A DNA stretch of 64,000 bases from Candidatus Nezhaarchaeota archaeon (GTDB lineage Archaea > Thermoproteota > Methanomethylicia > Nezhaarchaeales > WYZ-LMO8), in NCBI GenBank assembly GCA_025059375.1, contig JANXDO010000002.1, positions 64,966 to 128,965 of the forward strand, in the 5' to 3' direction. The notes under the pieces are model-generated. The model was not told where the DNA came from, did no database searches, and saw nothing but the letters and a program-made list of their open reading frames with translations. Made by a program: the position numbers and the translations under genes. This document shows positions 1 to 9,007 of the stretch, one piece after another. The stretch's first letter is position 1; the number at the start of each line of letters is the position of its first letter.

Positions 1-1
1 A

Positions 2-202
2 GCTGGCTCTATAACCTCAATGACCTCGGGGTTGATCGTAGGGCTGCTCTGGTACGTGCTCTTATACAAGAAGGCTGCTAACCCTGTCGTGGCATGGGTG
101 CACCCAATAGTCCCTGCCTTGGCTATCTCGCTTCCACTATTCTTCATTGTTAGCTTGTTCACAAAGAAGCCTCCAAAGGAAGTTGTGGATCTGCTAGGGT
201 GA
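2..202 (+). CDS. C-terminal fragment of a membrane protein, possibly a solute transporter; its 5' end lies outside the window
   Basis: The reading frame is open from position 2 with no upstream stop. The translation is hydrophobic (…GLIVGLLWYVLLY…LPLFFIVSLF) and ends in a charged tail. Confidence 0.4.
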   Translation, partial: AGSITSMTSGLIVGLLWYVLLYKKAANPVVAWVHPIVPALAISLPLFFIVSLFTKKPPKEVVDLLG

Positions 203-210
203 GTTGAAAC

Positions 211-1773
211 GTGGTGAATTTCACGTCGTTCTTGGATTCTAATGCGATTTACTATGGTGATAAGCCAGCGCTAGTCTATCCGAAGTGTGAGGAGACAATA
301 TCGCATAGAGCTCTCTTAGATAAGGTTAACAGCTTAGCTCTTGAGCTAAAGAGCTTGGGTGTTGGGAAGGGCGATAGAGTTGTCGTGATCACTGGCAATA
401 GACCTGAGACGATTATAAGCTACTTAGCCATATGGAGGGTGGGGGCCATAGCTGTCCCAGCCAACCCTGACTTTAAGTCAGAGGAATTAACCTACATAAT
501 GAGTGATTCGGAGCCTAGAGCAGTGATAGCACTTGACTTCGTGTGCACGGACGTGCTCCCGAAGGTTAACTACGACTTCAACAAGGTTGCAATTATATCT
601 CTCAGCGGAGTAGGCAACACGTATAGCCTGAATACCATGATTAAAGCCTCCTCACCCAAAATTAGACCTGAAAACTGTTCTCTGGATGATTTATGCCAGA
701 TCCAATACACATCAGGGACTACAGGTAAGCCCAAGGGTGCTATGCTGACTCACGGCAACTGGATGGCTGCTGTTGAAGCTGAGAGGTGGGTGCTGAAGTT
801 AACAGACGAGGACGTCTACTTGGGCTTCTACCCCCACTTTCACGTTGGGGTTAGCTGGGGCATAACAGCTCTTAGGTATGGAGCGACCTTCATCATGATG
901 GAGCGCTTTAATCTGGACGAGTACCTAAGGCTAGCTAGAGATTACAAGGTGACAGTGCTCTCGGGCATGCCGCCAGTACTACATTCCTTAGTTCATGCAC
1001 CACCAGGATCAGAGGATTACTTGAAGTCAGCGAGGTGCATCATAACTGGTGGAGCGCTGACGCCTGAAGAGGTCTGGAAAAGATTTGTTGAGAGGTATCC
1101 TCACATTAAGGTTGTCAATGCGTACGGCTTGTCGGAGACTATAGTTGTGGGAACTGCTACAGCAGTTCCAGCAGGTTTCCAGCAGTTATCTAGAGGATTC
1201 AAGAGCATTGGCGCCCCAGTAGGTTATTGCGAGGTTAAGATTGTCGATGCCGAAGACCCCTCAAAGGAATTGCCGCCAGGTGAAGTGGGCGAGATAGCTC
1301 TTAGAGGACCTGGAGTAGCTAAAGGGTATTGGAGGAAGGCTGAGGAAACAAAGAAGGCCTTCCTACCCGATGGCTGGTTCTTAACCGGTGACTTAGGCTA
1401 CGTGGACCATGATGGAATCCTCTACATAACTGCCAGGAAGAAGGACGTTATAATAATGTCGGGCTGGAAGATCTACCCAGCTGAGGTTGAGAACGTACTT
1501 CTCAAGCATCCAAAGGTTTCTGAGGCTGCAGTCTTCGCTAAGTACGATGAAAGGAGGGGGGAGGTTCCAGCAGCTGCAATAGTATTGAAGCCTGGTGTAC
1601 AAGCGACAGCTGAAGAAATAATTAACTTTTGCAAGGAGAGAATGGCTGGCTATAAGGTTCCAAGATACGTCATCTTCCTTGAATCCCTACCAAAGGTTGG
1701 TGGCTGGAAGATCCTGTATAGGGTTTTAAGAGAGAAGTATGGAGGTTTTCCAGCTCAAGAAGTTCGTAGATAG
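211..1773 (+). CDS. AMP-dependent acyl-CoA synthetase/ligase with a GTG start
   Basis: It carries the AMP-binding signature YTSGTTGKPKGAML. It is 520 aa with a C-terminal ...GWKIYPAEVE... adenylation core. Confidence 0.85.
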   Translation: MVNFTSFLDSNAIYYGDKPALVYPKCEETISHRALLDKVNSLALELKSLGVGKGDRVVVITGNRPETIISYLAIWRVGAIAVPANPDFKSEELTYIMSDSEPRAVIALDFVCTDVLPKVNYDFNKVAIISLSGVGNTYSLNTMIKASSPKIRPENCSLDDLCQIQYTSGTTGKPKGAMLTHGNWMAAVEAERWVLKLTDEDVYLGFYPHFHVGVSWGITALRYGATFIMMERFNLDEYLRLARDYKVTVLSGMPPVLHSLVHAPPGSEDYLKSARCIITGGALTPEEVWKRFVERYPHIKVVNAYGLSETIVVGTATAVPAGFQQLSRGFKSIGAPVGYCEVKIVDAEDPSKELPPGEVGEIALRGPGVAKGYWRKAEETKKAFLPDGWFLTGDLGYVDHDGILYITARKKDVIIMSGWKIYPAEVENVLLKHPKVSEAAVFAKYDERRGEVPAAAIVLKPGVQATAEEIINFCKERMAGYKVPRYVIFLESLPKVGGWKILYRVLREKYGGFPAQEVRR

Positions 1774-1882
1774 TGTTGCCACTACAGCCAGCATCCTCCC
1801 AATTACCCCTCGACTTCATTCATGTTAAGCTGGTAAGCTTGAAATTAATCCCCTCTTGTAGAGTTGTTGGGGAGGCTGGAGC

Positions 1883-2929
1883 TTGAAGGAGGCCATGCTA
1901 TACTCTCAACTGCCTAATGGGGTTGTTGAGTGCAATCTATGTTATAGGCGATGTAGGATAGCAAGTGGGCATGTGGGCTTTTGTGGTGTTAGGAGAAACG
2001 TTGAGGGCACGCTTTACAGTCTGGTTTATGGTAAGGCGATAGCTGCTAATGTTGATCCGATAGAGAAGAAGCCCCTCTTCCACTACTATCCTGGATCTGC
2101 CGTAATGAGCATAGCGACTGTTGGATGCAACTTTAGGTGTAAGTTCTGTGATAATTGGGTCATAAGTCAGAGTAAGGAGATTGAAGGGTTTAGCTTCCCA
2201 CCTGAGAAGGTTGTCTCCTCATCCTTAAGACATGGATGCCACGGAATAAGCTACACCTACACGGAGCCGACGATATTCTTCGAATACGCATACGATACGG
2301 CTAAGCTAGCTAAGGAGAAGAGGCTCTTCAATACCTTCGTAACCAACGGATACATGACCCCCGAGGCCGTTAGAACTATAGCTCCATACTTAGACGCTGC
2401 GACAGTCGACTTCAAAGGGTCTGGGGATCCAAAGTTCTATCGAGAATTTATGTCTGTACCAGACCCAGAGCCCATCTTCGAGACCCTAAAGGAGATGAAG
2501 AGGTGTGGTATATTCATTGAAGTGACAAACCTCATAGTAACGAAGTATGGTGATGACATGAATAGGCTTAGGGGGCTAGCATCCAGGATTGTAGAGGTCT
2601 TGGGTAAGGATGTACCGTTCCACGTGCTTAGATTTCATCCAGATTATCAGCTATTTGATGTATCTTCAACTCCAGTTTCAACGCTTGAAAAGGCGGCTGA
2701 GATAGCTAAGGAGGAGGGTCTTAAGTACGTCTACATAGGCAACGTGCCTGGCCACGAGTTAGAGCACACTTACTGCCCTAGTTGTGGTTTAAAGGTCATA
2801 GAGAGGTTCTCCTTTGATATATTAAGGTGGAACCTTAAGCCCGACAACACTTGCCCTAAGTGTGGAGAGAGGATGAACATCATTGGGAGTCTTCAAAGAG
2901 GAGGCAATAAGTGGTTGAGCTTAATATAA
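1883..2929 (+). CDS. AmmeMemoRadiSam-system radical SAM enzyme (PFL-activase-like)
   Basis: The N-terminal ECNLCYRRCRIASGHVGFCGVRRN motif and the CNFRCKFCDNW radical SAM cluster motif are the family hallmarks. The GTLYSL…IEKKPLFHYYPGS block also matches. Confidence 0.75.
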   Translation: MKEAMLYSQLPNGVVECNLCYRRCRIASGHVGFCGVRRNVEGTLYSLVYGKAIAANVDPIEKKPLFHYYPGSAVMSIATVGCNFRCKFCDNWVISQSKEIEGFSFPPEKVVSSSLRHGCHGISYTYTEPTIFFEYAYDTAKLAKEKRLFNTFVTNGYMTPEAVRTIAPYLDAATVDFKGSGDPKFYREFMSVPDPEPIFETLKEMKRCGIFIEVTNLIVTKYGDDMNRLRGLASRIVEVLGKDVPFHVLRFHPDYQLFDVSSTPVSTLEKAAEIAKEEGLKYVYIGNVPGHELEHTYCPSCGLKVIERFSFDILRWNLKPDNTCPKCGERMNIIGSLQRGGNKWLSLI

Positions 2930-3086
2930 GCTGACCAAGTCTTAACTTAAGAGTCTAGCTTTGTGTTTAGAGAAGTTTTAAAGTGCGAAGTTAACTAAGA
3001 CGTTGAAGGTCCGTTTTTGGCGGCACACCTACTCATATCTGATAAAAGTCATTTTCACCTCAGCTCTATTTAAGTTGGGGAGGTAA

Positions 3087-4139
3087 GTGATAATAGCAAA
3101 GACGCTCATCGGGATGGAGAACGTAGCTGCAACTAGGATTAAGGAGCTAGACCCTAACGCTAAGATTCAAGTATCACCTCAAGGATTTGCTGGTCTATTG
3201 CTTATTGAATCACAAGATGAGGAGAATCTCTTACGCTCAATAAATCAGAGCGTTGTCGAGGTGGAGAGAGCATTTAAGTCTGTGGTTGAGTGTAGAGCGG
3301 ACCTCAAAGAGCTATCTTCAAGAGCTGCTGAAGCTGTTAGGGGCTTGATAAGCCCCGATGAGACCTTTGCCGTTAGAACTACGCGACGTGGAAGGCACGA
3401 GTTCACAAGCGTCGACGTGAATGTGGCGGTGGGAGCTGCTATTAAGGAGGCTACTGGCGCATTGGTTAACCTCAATAATCCCGACAAGGTCGTAGCCGTA
3501 GAGGTAGTAAGTGACAGAGCTTACGTAGCGGTTTACCCTGGAAGCGAGGAATACAAGAAGTTCACGCCTCACAAAAGACCTATACTAAAAGTTCTAAGAA
3601 GAATGTCGATAGTTCAGATGCCATATCTTGGTGATGAGAGGACGTCGAAAACCATGGGCATTAGGATAGGCAGGGCAATACAAACATTCGAAGTGGGCGA
3701 GCTAGTGATAGCTTTCATAGGCCCCGTTAATGCAAAACAGCTTAGAGACTTCATTGATGGAGTTTATGAGGGGATAAGAACGAGGTACGAGATTCAGCGT
3801 AGAGTGTATGGAAGAGAGGTTCACAAGGTCCCAGTAATGGTTCAAGACCTCTTCCAACTTGTTAGAGAGAGAGCAAACGAGAATATAGTGGTCTTTGAAC
3901 CTGAGGGGAGCTACATAGGTTCCATAAGCGGTAAGCTGAGGGACCTATTGTTGAGCGGTAGAAGGGTCAATATACTAGTAGGCTCGAGAGAGGGAATTCC
4001 AAAGGGAGTGTTTAGGTTCGCATCGGCAGTCGTAGACCTGTGCCCTGGAGTAACGATAGCTACAGACTTCGCTGCTTCAAGTGCGATTATCGCACTAGCA
4101 TCTTTACTACAAGCTGAGGTTGAGGGTCAAGGGACTTAA
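3087..4139 (+). CDS. THUMP-domain RNA-binding protein with a C-terminal SPOUT-like (knotted methyltransferase-like) region
   Basis: A central THUMP-like block (FAVRTTRRGRHEFTSVDVNVAVGAAIKE…VVAVEVVSDRAYV) is followed by a C-terminal ILVGSREGIPKGV…VTIATDFAASSAIIALASLL that resembles SPOUT motifs. Confidence 0.5.
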   Translation: MIIAKTLIGMENVAATRIKELDPNAKIQVSPQGFAGLLLIESQDEENLLRSINQSVVEVERAFKSVVECRADLKELSSRAAEAVRGLISPDETFAVRTTRRGRHEFTSVDVNVAVGAAIKEATGALVNLNNPDKVVAVEVVSDRAYVAVYPGSEEYKKFTPHKRPILKVLRRMSIVQMPYLGDERTSKTMGIRIGRAIQTFEVGELVIAFIGPVNAKQLRDFIDGVYEGIRTRYEIQRRVYGREVHKVPVMVQDLFQLVRERANENIVVFEPEGSYIGSISGKLRDLLLSGRRVNILVGSREGIPKGVFRFASAVVDLCPGVTIATDFAASSAIIALASLLQAEVEGQGT

Positions 4140-4190
4140 GGTGACAGGTTTTTATGAGGCTAGGGCAAATTTAACATGGGGATCTAAATA

Positions 4191-5003
4191 TTGGGGAAGG
4201 TCCTCATAATAGTAGTATTAATGTCACTATTATTAGTGCCTACTCTTCATGCTCAGAACGAGTTTTTGGTTAGATTAGAGGAAAACATAGTGCTAAGCCC
4301 CCGAGATTCGTTAATGGTAGAGGTCCAAGGGAGTGATAGGGTTTTCGTAATGTACCGTCGCGATCCTAATGTCCTTGTCGAGCTAGCTGAGGCTTTTGGG
4401 GCAAGCTTTGAGGGGATTATAATCTTGAGGCTTAACATCTCTAAGTTTAGTGTGATTGATTACGACTTGAGCTTTTACTCCATTAGCCCCTACAACTTAA
4501 CGATATCCAAAATCTCAACAACAGATGGTAAGAGGGTCATAGCCTCGTATGCCTGTCCAGCGGGTGTAACTCTAAGGTTAATTATGGAGCTAACAGCGAC
4601 ACCAGCATCAGGCATTCGAGAACCGAGTATGAGCTCGATACCAGCGAGTTTCTGGCTAATTGACCCATGGAAGTTGCTGGTGTACTGCTTCTTCATATCA
4701 CTATTTGGAGCTACAGCTTTCTTAGATCTTAAAGATATGAAGCGAAAGAAGGCTGGTAGATGGAGCTTGAATGATAGTATTGCCCTAATCTTAAGGTACA
4801 TGTTTTACGCCTTCCTGCTTTCCTTCGTAGCTATAACCATATTGACCTTCGGGATGTTCATTTACTCATCACTGACTGCATTTTCGTTAGAGCTTAAGCT
4901 TGGGGGCTTATTGACGTCCTTAATCATGTTCTTAATTATAGCAATAATTTATGGGTTGGCTCGATGGAGGGGTTGGTATGAGCTTATCGATGAGGAAGAT
5001 TGA
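4191..5003 (+). CDS. secreted/membrane protein with a signal peptide, an ~150-aa extracytoplasmic domain and 3-4 C-terminal TM helices
   Basis: It has a TTG start and an N-terminal MGKVLIIVVLMSLLLVPTLHA signal-like segment. The C-terminal half is hydrophobic. Its 3' end overlaps the start of the next gene. Confidence 0.5.
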   Translation: MGKVLIIVVLMSLLLVPTLHAQNEFLVRLEENIVLSPRDSLMVEVQGSDRVFVMYRRDPNVLVELAEAFGASFEGIIILRLNISKFSVIDYDLSFYSISPYNLTISKISTTDGKRVIASYACPAGVTLRLIMELTATPASGIREPSMSSIPASFWLIDPWKLLVYCFFISLFGATAFLDLKDMKRKKAGRWSLNDSIALILRYMFYAFLLSFVAITILTFGMFIYSSLTAFSLELKLGGLLTSLIMFLIIAIIYGLARWRGWYELIDEED

Positions 5004-7731
5004 GGAGGAGAAGCCTTGGTGGCTTACTAGACCAAAGCTTCGAGCACTCTTATCACTACCATTACACTTAGCTAATAGAGATTATAGGCGATGGAAGAAT
5101 GCTAGGTTGACACCAAAGAAGCTTAAGAAGAGGCTTCACGAGCTTGACAAAAAGTTCCCGAAGAAGAGGGAGGACCTAATTGGAAGGGATAAAGAATTCC
5201 AAGCGATAATGACGGCCATAGCTTACCACGTGATTGAAGATCCTGCTGTGAGAGGATTGTTTAAGGGGGCTCCACCACCAAAGTTCTTCATACTGAAGGG
5301 CTCAACCGGCACTGGGAAATCCATGCTTGCTGAGATTTGTCTTAGAGAGGCTGTAGTTCACGGACTCAGCTTAGGGGTCAATGTCCAACCGATAGTGGTC
5401 AACGCTGATGAAATATTTCACCCACTCTACGGTCAGTCTTTGAGGAACTTGGCAGCAATATTCAAGAGGGCTAAAGACACGCCAAGCGTCATCTTCTTTG
5501 ATGAGTTTCATAGCATAGGCATGAAGGTCGAGAGACCTATGTACGGAGCTGATAGGGAGGACGTGAGGGTTCAAGACGCCTTCATAGAGTACTTAAACAA
5601 GATACTAGACACAAACGAGAGGGTGATCGTGATAGCCGCCACAAATAAGTTTGAAGCGATTAGAGAGGATATTAGGAGGAGAGCCTTTGTCTTAGACTTA
5701 GACCAGAACATTACAAGAGACATGCTACTGGCTGTCTTAAAGGCTGAGTTAAACAAGTATGGATGGACTTATTTAAATCCCGAGGAAGTGATGTCCATCC
5801 TTGAAAAGTCTGTTAGCGCTTATAGACAGACTCAACTCACACCATTTGACATCATAGATGCATGCAACAAGGTTAGATCTAGGAAAGTCGAGCCCGTGAG
5901 GGAAAAGCTATTTAAGAGACTTGGACTTTTACGCGAGGAAGAGTTTTCATACAAAGTCACTATAGATGATTTTAAGCTCGTGGCTAGGGAGCTTAGAGGG
6001 TACGTAGAGCAGGAGAAGAGCACTGAGGTCTTGAGCTCAGTGTTAAAGATAAAGCCGGCTGTGAGCTACAGGGACATTGGGGGACTCTTCGGGATTAAGG
6101 AGAAGATATTCAAGATAATATCGCTAAGCCTCAAGCCTGAGCTTGCAAGCAAACTTAACTGGGTTCCTCCAAAAGGCTTCCTACTTTGGGGGGAGCCTGG
6201 TTGTGGTAAGACCTACTTATCGAAGGCTGTGGCTAAGGAGAATGATGCTACCTTCTTTTACGTGCCAGCAGCCCAACTACTAATTAATGCTAAATGGGTT
6301 GGAGAGCCTGAGAAGAACATAAAGGATCTATTTCAGCTTGCTAGGAGACATGCTCCCAGTATAATATTCTTCGATGAATTCGACGTAATAGCTGGTAAAA
6401 GGAAGGGGGATCCAGTTAGCGATAGACTTACAGCTCAGATACTTACTGAGCTTGATGGTCTGCAGCCCCTTGAAAATGTGATTGTAATAGCCGCAACTAA
6501 CAGGCTTGACGTGATAGATGAGGCGGTTCTAAACAGGTTTGAGCCTTATATAATAGAGGTACCATTACCGAGAAATGATGAGGAAAGGCTTGATGTTATA
6601 AGAGTTCACCTTAGACAATATCTGCCCCACCTCCACGATGAAGTCACTCCTGAGAGGGTCTTGAGCATAATTAAGAGGTTTAGGGTTGTATCACCACGCG
6701 TCGTGGCTGAGGTCATTAAGGAGGCTAATAGGCTTAGAAGTCAGGAGGTTGTGGCAGCTAGCGAATGCGTTAAGGCCCTCTCCATAGGTGATAAGGTGAG
6801 GTTGACTGAGGTAATGGAGATGTATAAAGAGGATCTTGAGAGAATTAGAGAGCTAGTAGGCTCAACGGACATTGAGGTGCTCTCTAAAGTAACTCCGGAG
6901 GTGTATAAGGTAAGGCTGTATCACTTTGAGAAGGCGGCTGAACTTCTAGAACATGAAGTTGACAAGGAGTTAATGGATGCTCAGGAGAGTATGGTAACTG
7001 AGGGGCCTGGTGTAGCGCTGGGATTAGCTACTGATCCGCAGGGTAGGAGGGGTATCCTGTTGATAGTGGAGTGCTCTGTGAAGAAAGGTTCAGGTAAGGT
7101 GCACGTTACGGGCGCTGCAAAGTCGGTTACGATAGCTCCAATGACCTCAGTTGAGGACGTTAGTGTTATTGAGAGTGCTCAGAATGCTGTAGACTACGTA
7201 AAGATGTACGTGGAGGAGAAACTAGGCATAGACTTAAGCGACTACGATTTTAGATTTCAGATTGTAAGTCCTCTCGAAGGAATTCCTGGAGGGGGAGTCT
7301 CTGGTCCAAGCCTAGGATTGACCTTTAGCGTGGCGGCCATATCAGAGTTAGCGGGTCTATCATCAAGCCAATCAGTTGTCATGACTGGTAAGAGCGATAT
7401 AAAGGGTAAGGTTGGACCAGTTGGAGGTTTAGGTTGGAGAGGTGCTGGTAAGATCTTAGCGGCCATAAAGACTAGGAGAATCAAGATTAAGAAGTTCATA
7501 ATGCCTAAGTGGAATTATGAGAATGCTAGAGATGAAGTAAAGGTTCTAGAGGAGGCTGGCATTACGGTAATACCGGTTGAGAGGCAGGTAGAGGCTTGGC
7601 TCCACGCGCTGGATGTAAGTGAGGAGGAAATGCTTGAGAAGATAGCAAAGAATATGAGTGCTAAACAAGCAAACCGGGCAAAGGGGCCTCTTGAGCAGAT
7701 AGGTGAAGATGAAGCCCCACGATCCTATTAG
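4951..7731 (+). CDS. tandem AAA+ ATPase fused to a C-terminal Lon-type (S16) Ser-Lys protease domain
   Basis: Walker A-1 GSTGTGKS (~nt 5299) pairs with Walker B FFDEFHS. Walker A-2 GEPGCGKT (~nt 6190) pairs with Walker B IIFFDEFD and sensor IAATNRLD…NRFE. The C-terminal GGVSGPSLGLT (Ser codon 7309-7311) and VGPVGGLGWRGAGKILAA (Lys codon 7450-7452) match the Lon catalytic dyad context. The start is uncertain (ATG at 4951, 4978 or 4990). Confidence 0.7.
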   Translation: MGWLDGGVGMSLSMRKIEEEKPWWLTRPKLRALLSLPLHLANRDYRRWKNARLTPKKLKKRLHELDKKFPKKREDLIGRDKEFQAIMTAIAYHVIEDPAVRGLFKGAPPPKFFILKGSTGTGKSMLAEICLREAVVHGLSLGVNVQPIVVNADEIFHPLYGQSLRNLAAIFKRAKDTPSVIFFDEFHSIGMKVERPMYGADREDVRVQDAFIEYLNKILDTNERVIVIAATNKFEAIREDIRRRAFVLDLDQNITRDMLLAVLKAELNKYGWTYLNPEEVMSILEKSVSAYRQTQLTPFDIIDACNKVRSRKVEPVREKLFKRLGLLREEEFSYKVTIDDFKLVARELRGYVEQEKSTEVLSSVLKIKPAVSYRDIGGLFGIKEKIFKIISLSLKPELASKLNWVPPKGFLLWGEPGCGKTYLSKAVAKENDATFFYVPAAQLLINAKWVGEPEKNIKDLFQLARRHAPSIIFFDEFDVIAGKRKGDPVSDRLTAQILTELDGLQPLENVIVIAATNRLDVIDEAVLNRFEPYIIEVPLPRNDEERLDVIRVHLRQYLPHLHDEVTPERVLSIIKRFRVVSPRVVAEVIKEANRLRSQEVVAASECVKALSIGDKVRLTEVMEMYKEDLERIRELVGSTDIEVLSKVTPEVYKVRLYHFEKAAELLEHEVDKELMDAQESMVTEGPGVALGLATDPQGRRGILLIVECSVKKGSGKVHVTGAAKSVTIAPMTSVEDVSVIESAQNAVDYVKMYVEEKLGIDLSDYDFRFQIVSPLEGIPGGGVSGPSLGLTFSVAAISELAGLSSSQSVVMTGKSDIKGKVGPVGGLGWRGAGKILAAIKTRRIKIKKFIMPKWNYENARDEVKVLEEAGITVIPVERQVEAWLHALDVSEEEMLEKIAKNMSAKQANRAKGPLEQIGEDEAPRSY

Positions 7732-8515
7732 GATCGTAGCCCAGCGCTAGTGCTATGAATTGCGAGACGTGAAGTATGGGTATCGTCCTCGTCAATTCTT
7801 CAAGCTGTCTTAACTCGTACTGCGTCTTATCGAGAATCAGCATGCAGGCAGGACACATTGTTAGAATCATGTCAGCCCCACTCTCAATAATGCTCGTTAT
7901 TTTTCTCTGTGAGAGCTCAAGCATTATGTGACCAATCCACTTAGCTGCTGGCGCACCACAACAACTATGCTTCTCTTCATAGTCAACTACTTCAGAATTG
8001 AATGCTAAGGCCACGTCTTCAAGTATGTCTTCGCCCTCCTCCCCCCTTAAAGCCCTCCCATGGAGGGCATAGTTATAGTGGCAGCCAACATGCACTGCCA
8101 CCTTCACTTTGCTCATATCCCTCTTTACTTTTCTAGCTAGCTCGTGTCTACTCTGCCATAGTAGTTCAGCTACATGTAGACAACGTGCTCTCACTCCATA
8201 TCTTCTTCTAAACTCTTCAGAGCTCAAAGCCTTATTTAAGGCGAGGTAGCAACCGTTACACGATACGACTATGTAGTCAGGATTTGACATGAGCTTGGCC
8301 ACGTTAAAGCAAACGATTGCGTTCATTTGCTCGGCTTTTGCTATGCCGAGGAGCCCTATGGGTAGCCCGCAGCACAACATGCTGATAGGAAGCTTAGCGT
8401 CGATGCTTAAGAGCCTTAATAGCTCAAGGGTTGACCTCGCTATCCCGGGATATACGTTGATTGACATGCAGCCTGGGTAGTAAGTTACATGGCCCTTAAT
8501 CTCTTTTAGTACCAA
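7661..8515 (-). CDS. hdrB: heterodisulfide reductase subunit B-like (two CCG domains)
   Basis: The CCG-domain Cys patterns YYPGC…CCGLP…CNGC and HVGCH…CCGAP…CPAC are present. It lies adjacent to HdrC. Confidence 0.75.
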   Translation of the reverse strand: MVLKEIKGHVTYYPGCMSINVYPGIARSTLELLRLLSIDAKLPISMLCCGLPIGLLGIAKAEQMNAIVCFNVAKLMSNPDYIVVSCNGCYLALNKALSSEEFRRRYGVRARCLHVAELLWQSRHELARKVKRDMSKVKVAVHVGCHYNYALHGRALRGEEGEDILEDVALAFNSEVVDYEEKHSCCGAPAAKWIGHIMLELSQRKITSIIESGADMILTMCPACMLILDKTQYELRQLEELTRTIPILHVSQFIALALGYDPNRIVGLHLHLSAQEAPLPGLLV

Positions 8516-8915
8516 TGCTCATCACCCTTCTAAGTCTATCCTCAAAGCTTATGGCTTTCATGAAGGCCTTAAGCTCGTCTTTGAATTCTTCAGAAAGCTT
8601 TGGGATGTTGAGTTCTGACTCAGCCTTAAACTCCTTCACCTCATTGCTTACCGGCGGGACTATGACACCCTCATTGAATATAGTCTCAGCGAGGTCCATG
8701 TATAGCTCAACAATCCTCCTTTCACCTCGCTCTTCTAGGACTCGTTCTCTAAGTTCACCTATTATCTCTGGAATCTTTACTGAATTTGGACATCGTGCTT
8801 CACACGTGTGGCATCTCAGGCATAGCCATATGTCACTACCATCCACTGGAACGTCTTGCTTGATGCTGTATACGATGAGCCTCGGGTTAAAGCTCTTAGT
8901 TATCCTCGAGACCAC
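8496..8915 (-). CDS. hdrC: heterodisulfide reductase subunit C-like (4Fe-4S)
   Basis: It carries CLRCHTCEARCP plus a second Cys motif. Its size and position next to HdrB fit. Confidence 0.7.
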   Translation of the reverse strand: MVSRITKSFNPRLIVYSIKQDVPVDGSDIWLCLRCHTCEARCPNSVKIPEIIGELRERVLEERGERRIVELYMDLAETIFNEGVIVPPVSNEVKEFKAESELNIPKLSEEFKDELKAFMKAISFEDRLRRVMSIGTKRD

Positions 8916-9007
8916 GCAAGCTGATGTACAGCTGCCACACTGAATACACTTCTTAGACTCTGAAAACAGTAGGTTTATAATAGTTTGACACCTCCTAAGC
9001 TATTCTC

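Noticed and set aside
3077-3089. GGGGAGG Shine-Dalgarno-like string upstream of the THUMP GTG start
   Set aside because: The spacing to the GTG is only ~3 nt and the next in-frame ATG is ~30 nt away, so I could not support a functional SD assignment.
3245-3572. Two minus-strand ORFs (80 and 84 aa) inside the THUMP gene
   Set aside because: They are antisense to a motif-bearing CDS, S/L/T-rich, and have no start context. They are typical shadow ORFs. The same reasoning applies to the other short antisense ORFs in the track (e.g. 12466..12675, 27661..27927, 58427..58885, 59209..59568).
4951-7731. Calling the tandem-AAA protein a Cdc48/VAT homolog
   Set aside because: It has no double-psi-barrel N-domain and its D1 P-loop is atypical (GSTGTGKS). 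Its C-terminal ~230 aa carry a Lon-type Ser/Lys signature, which Cdc48 lacks.
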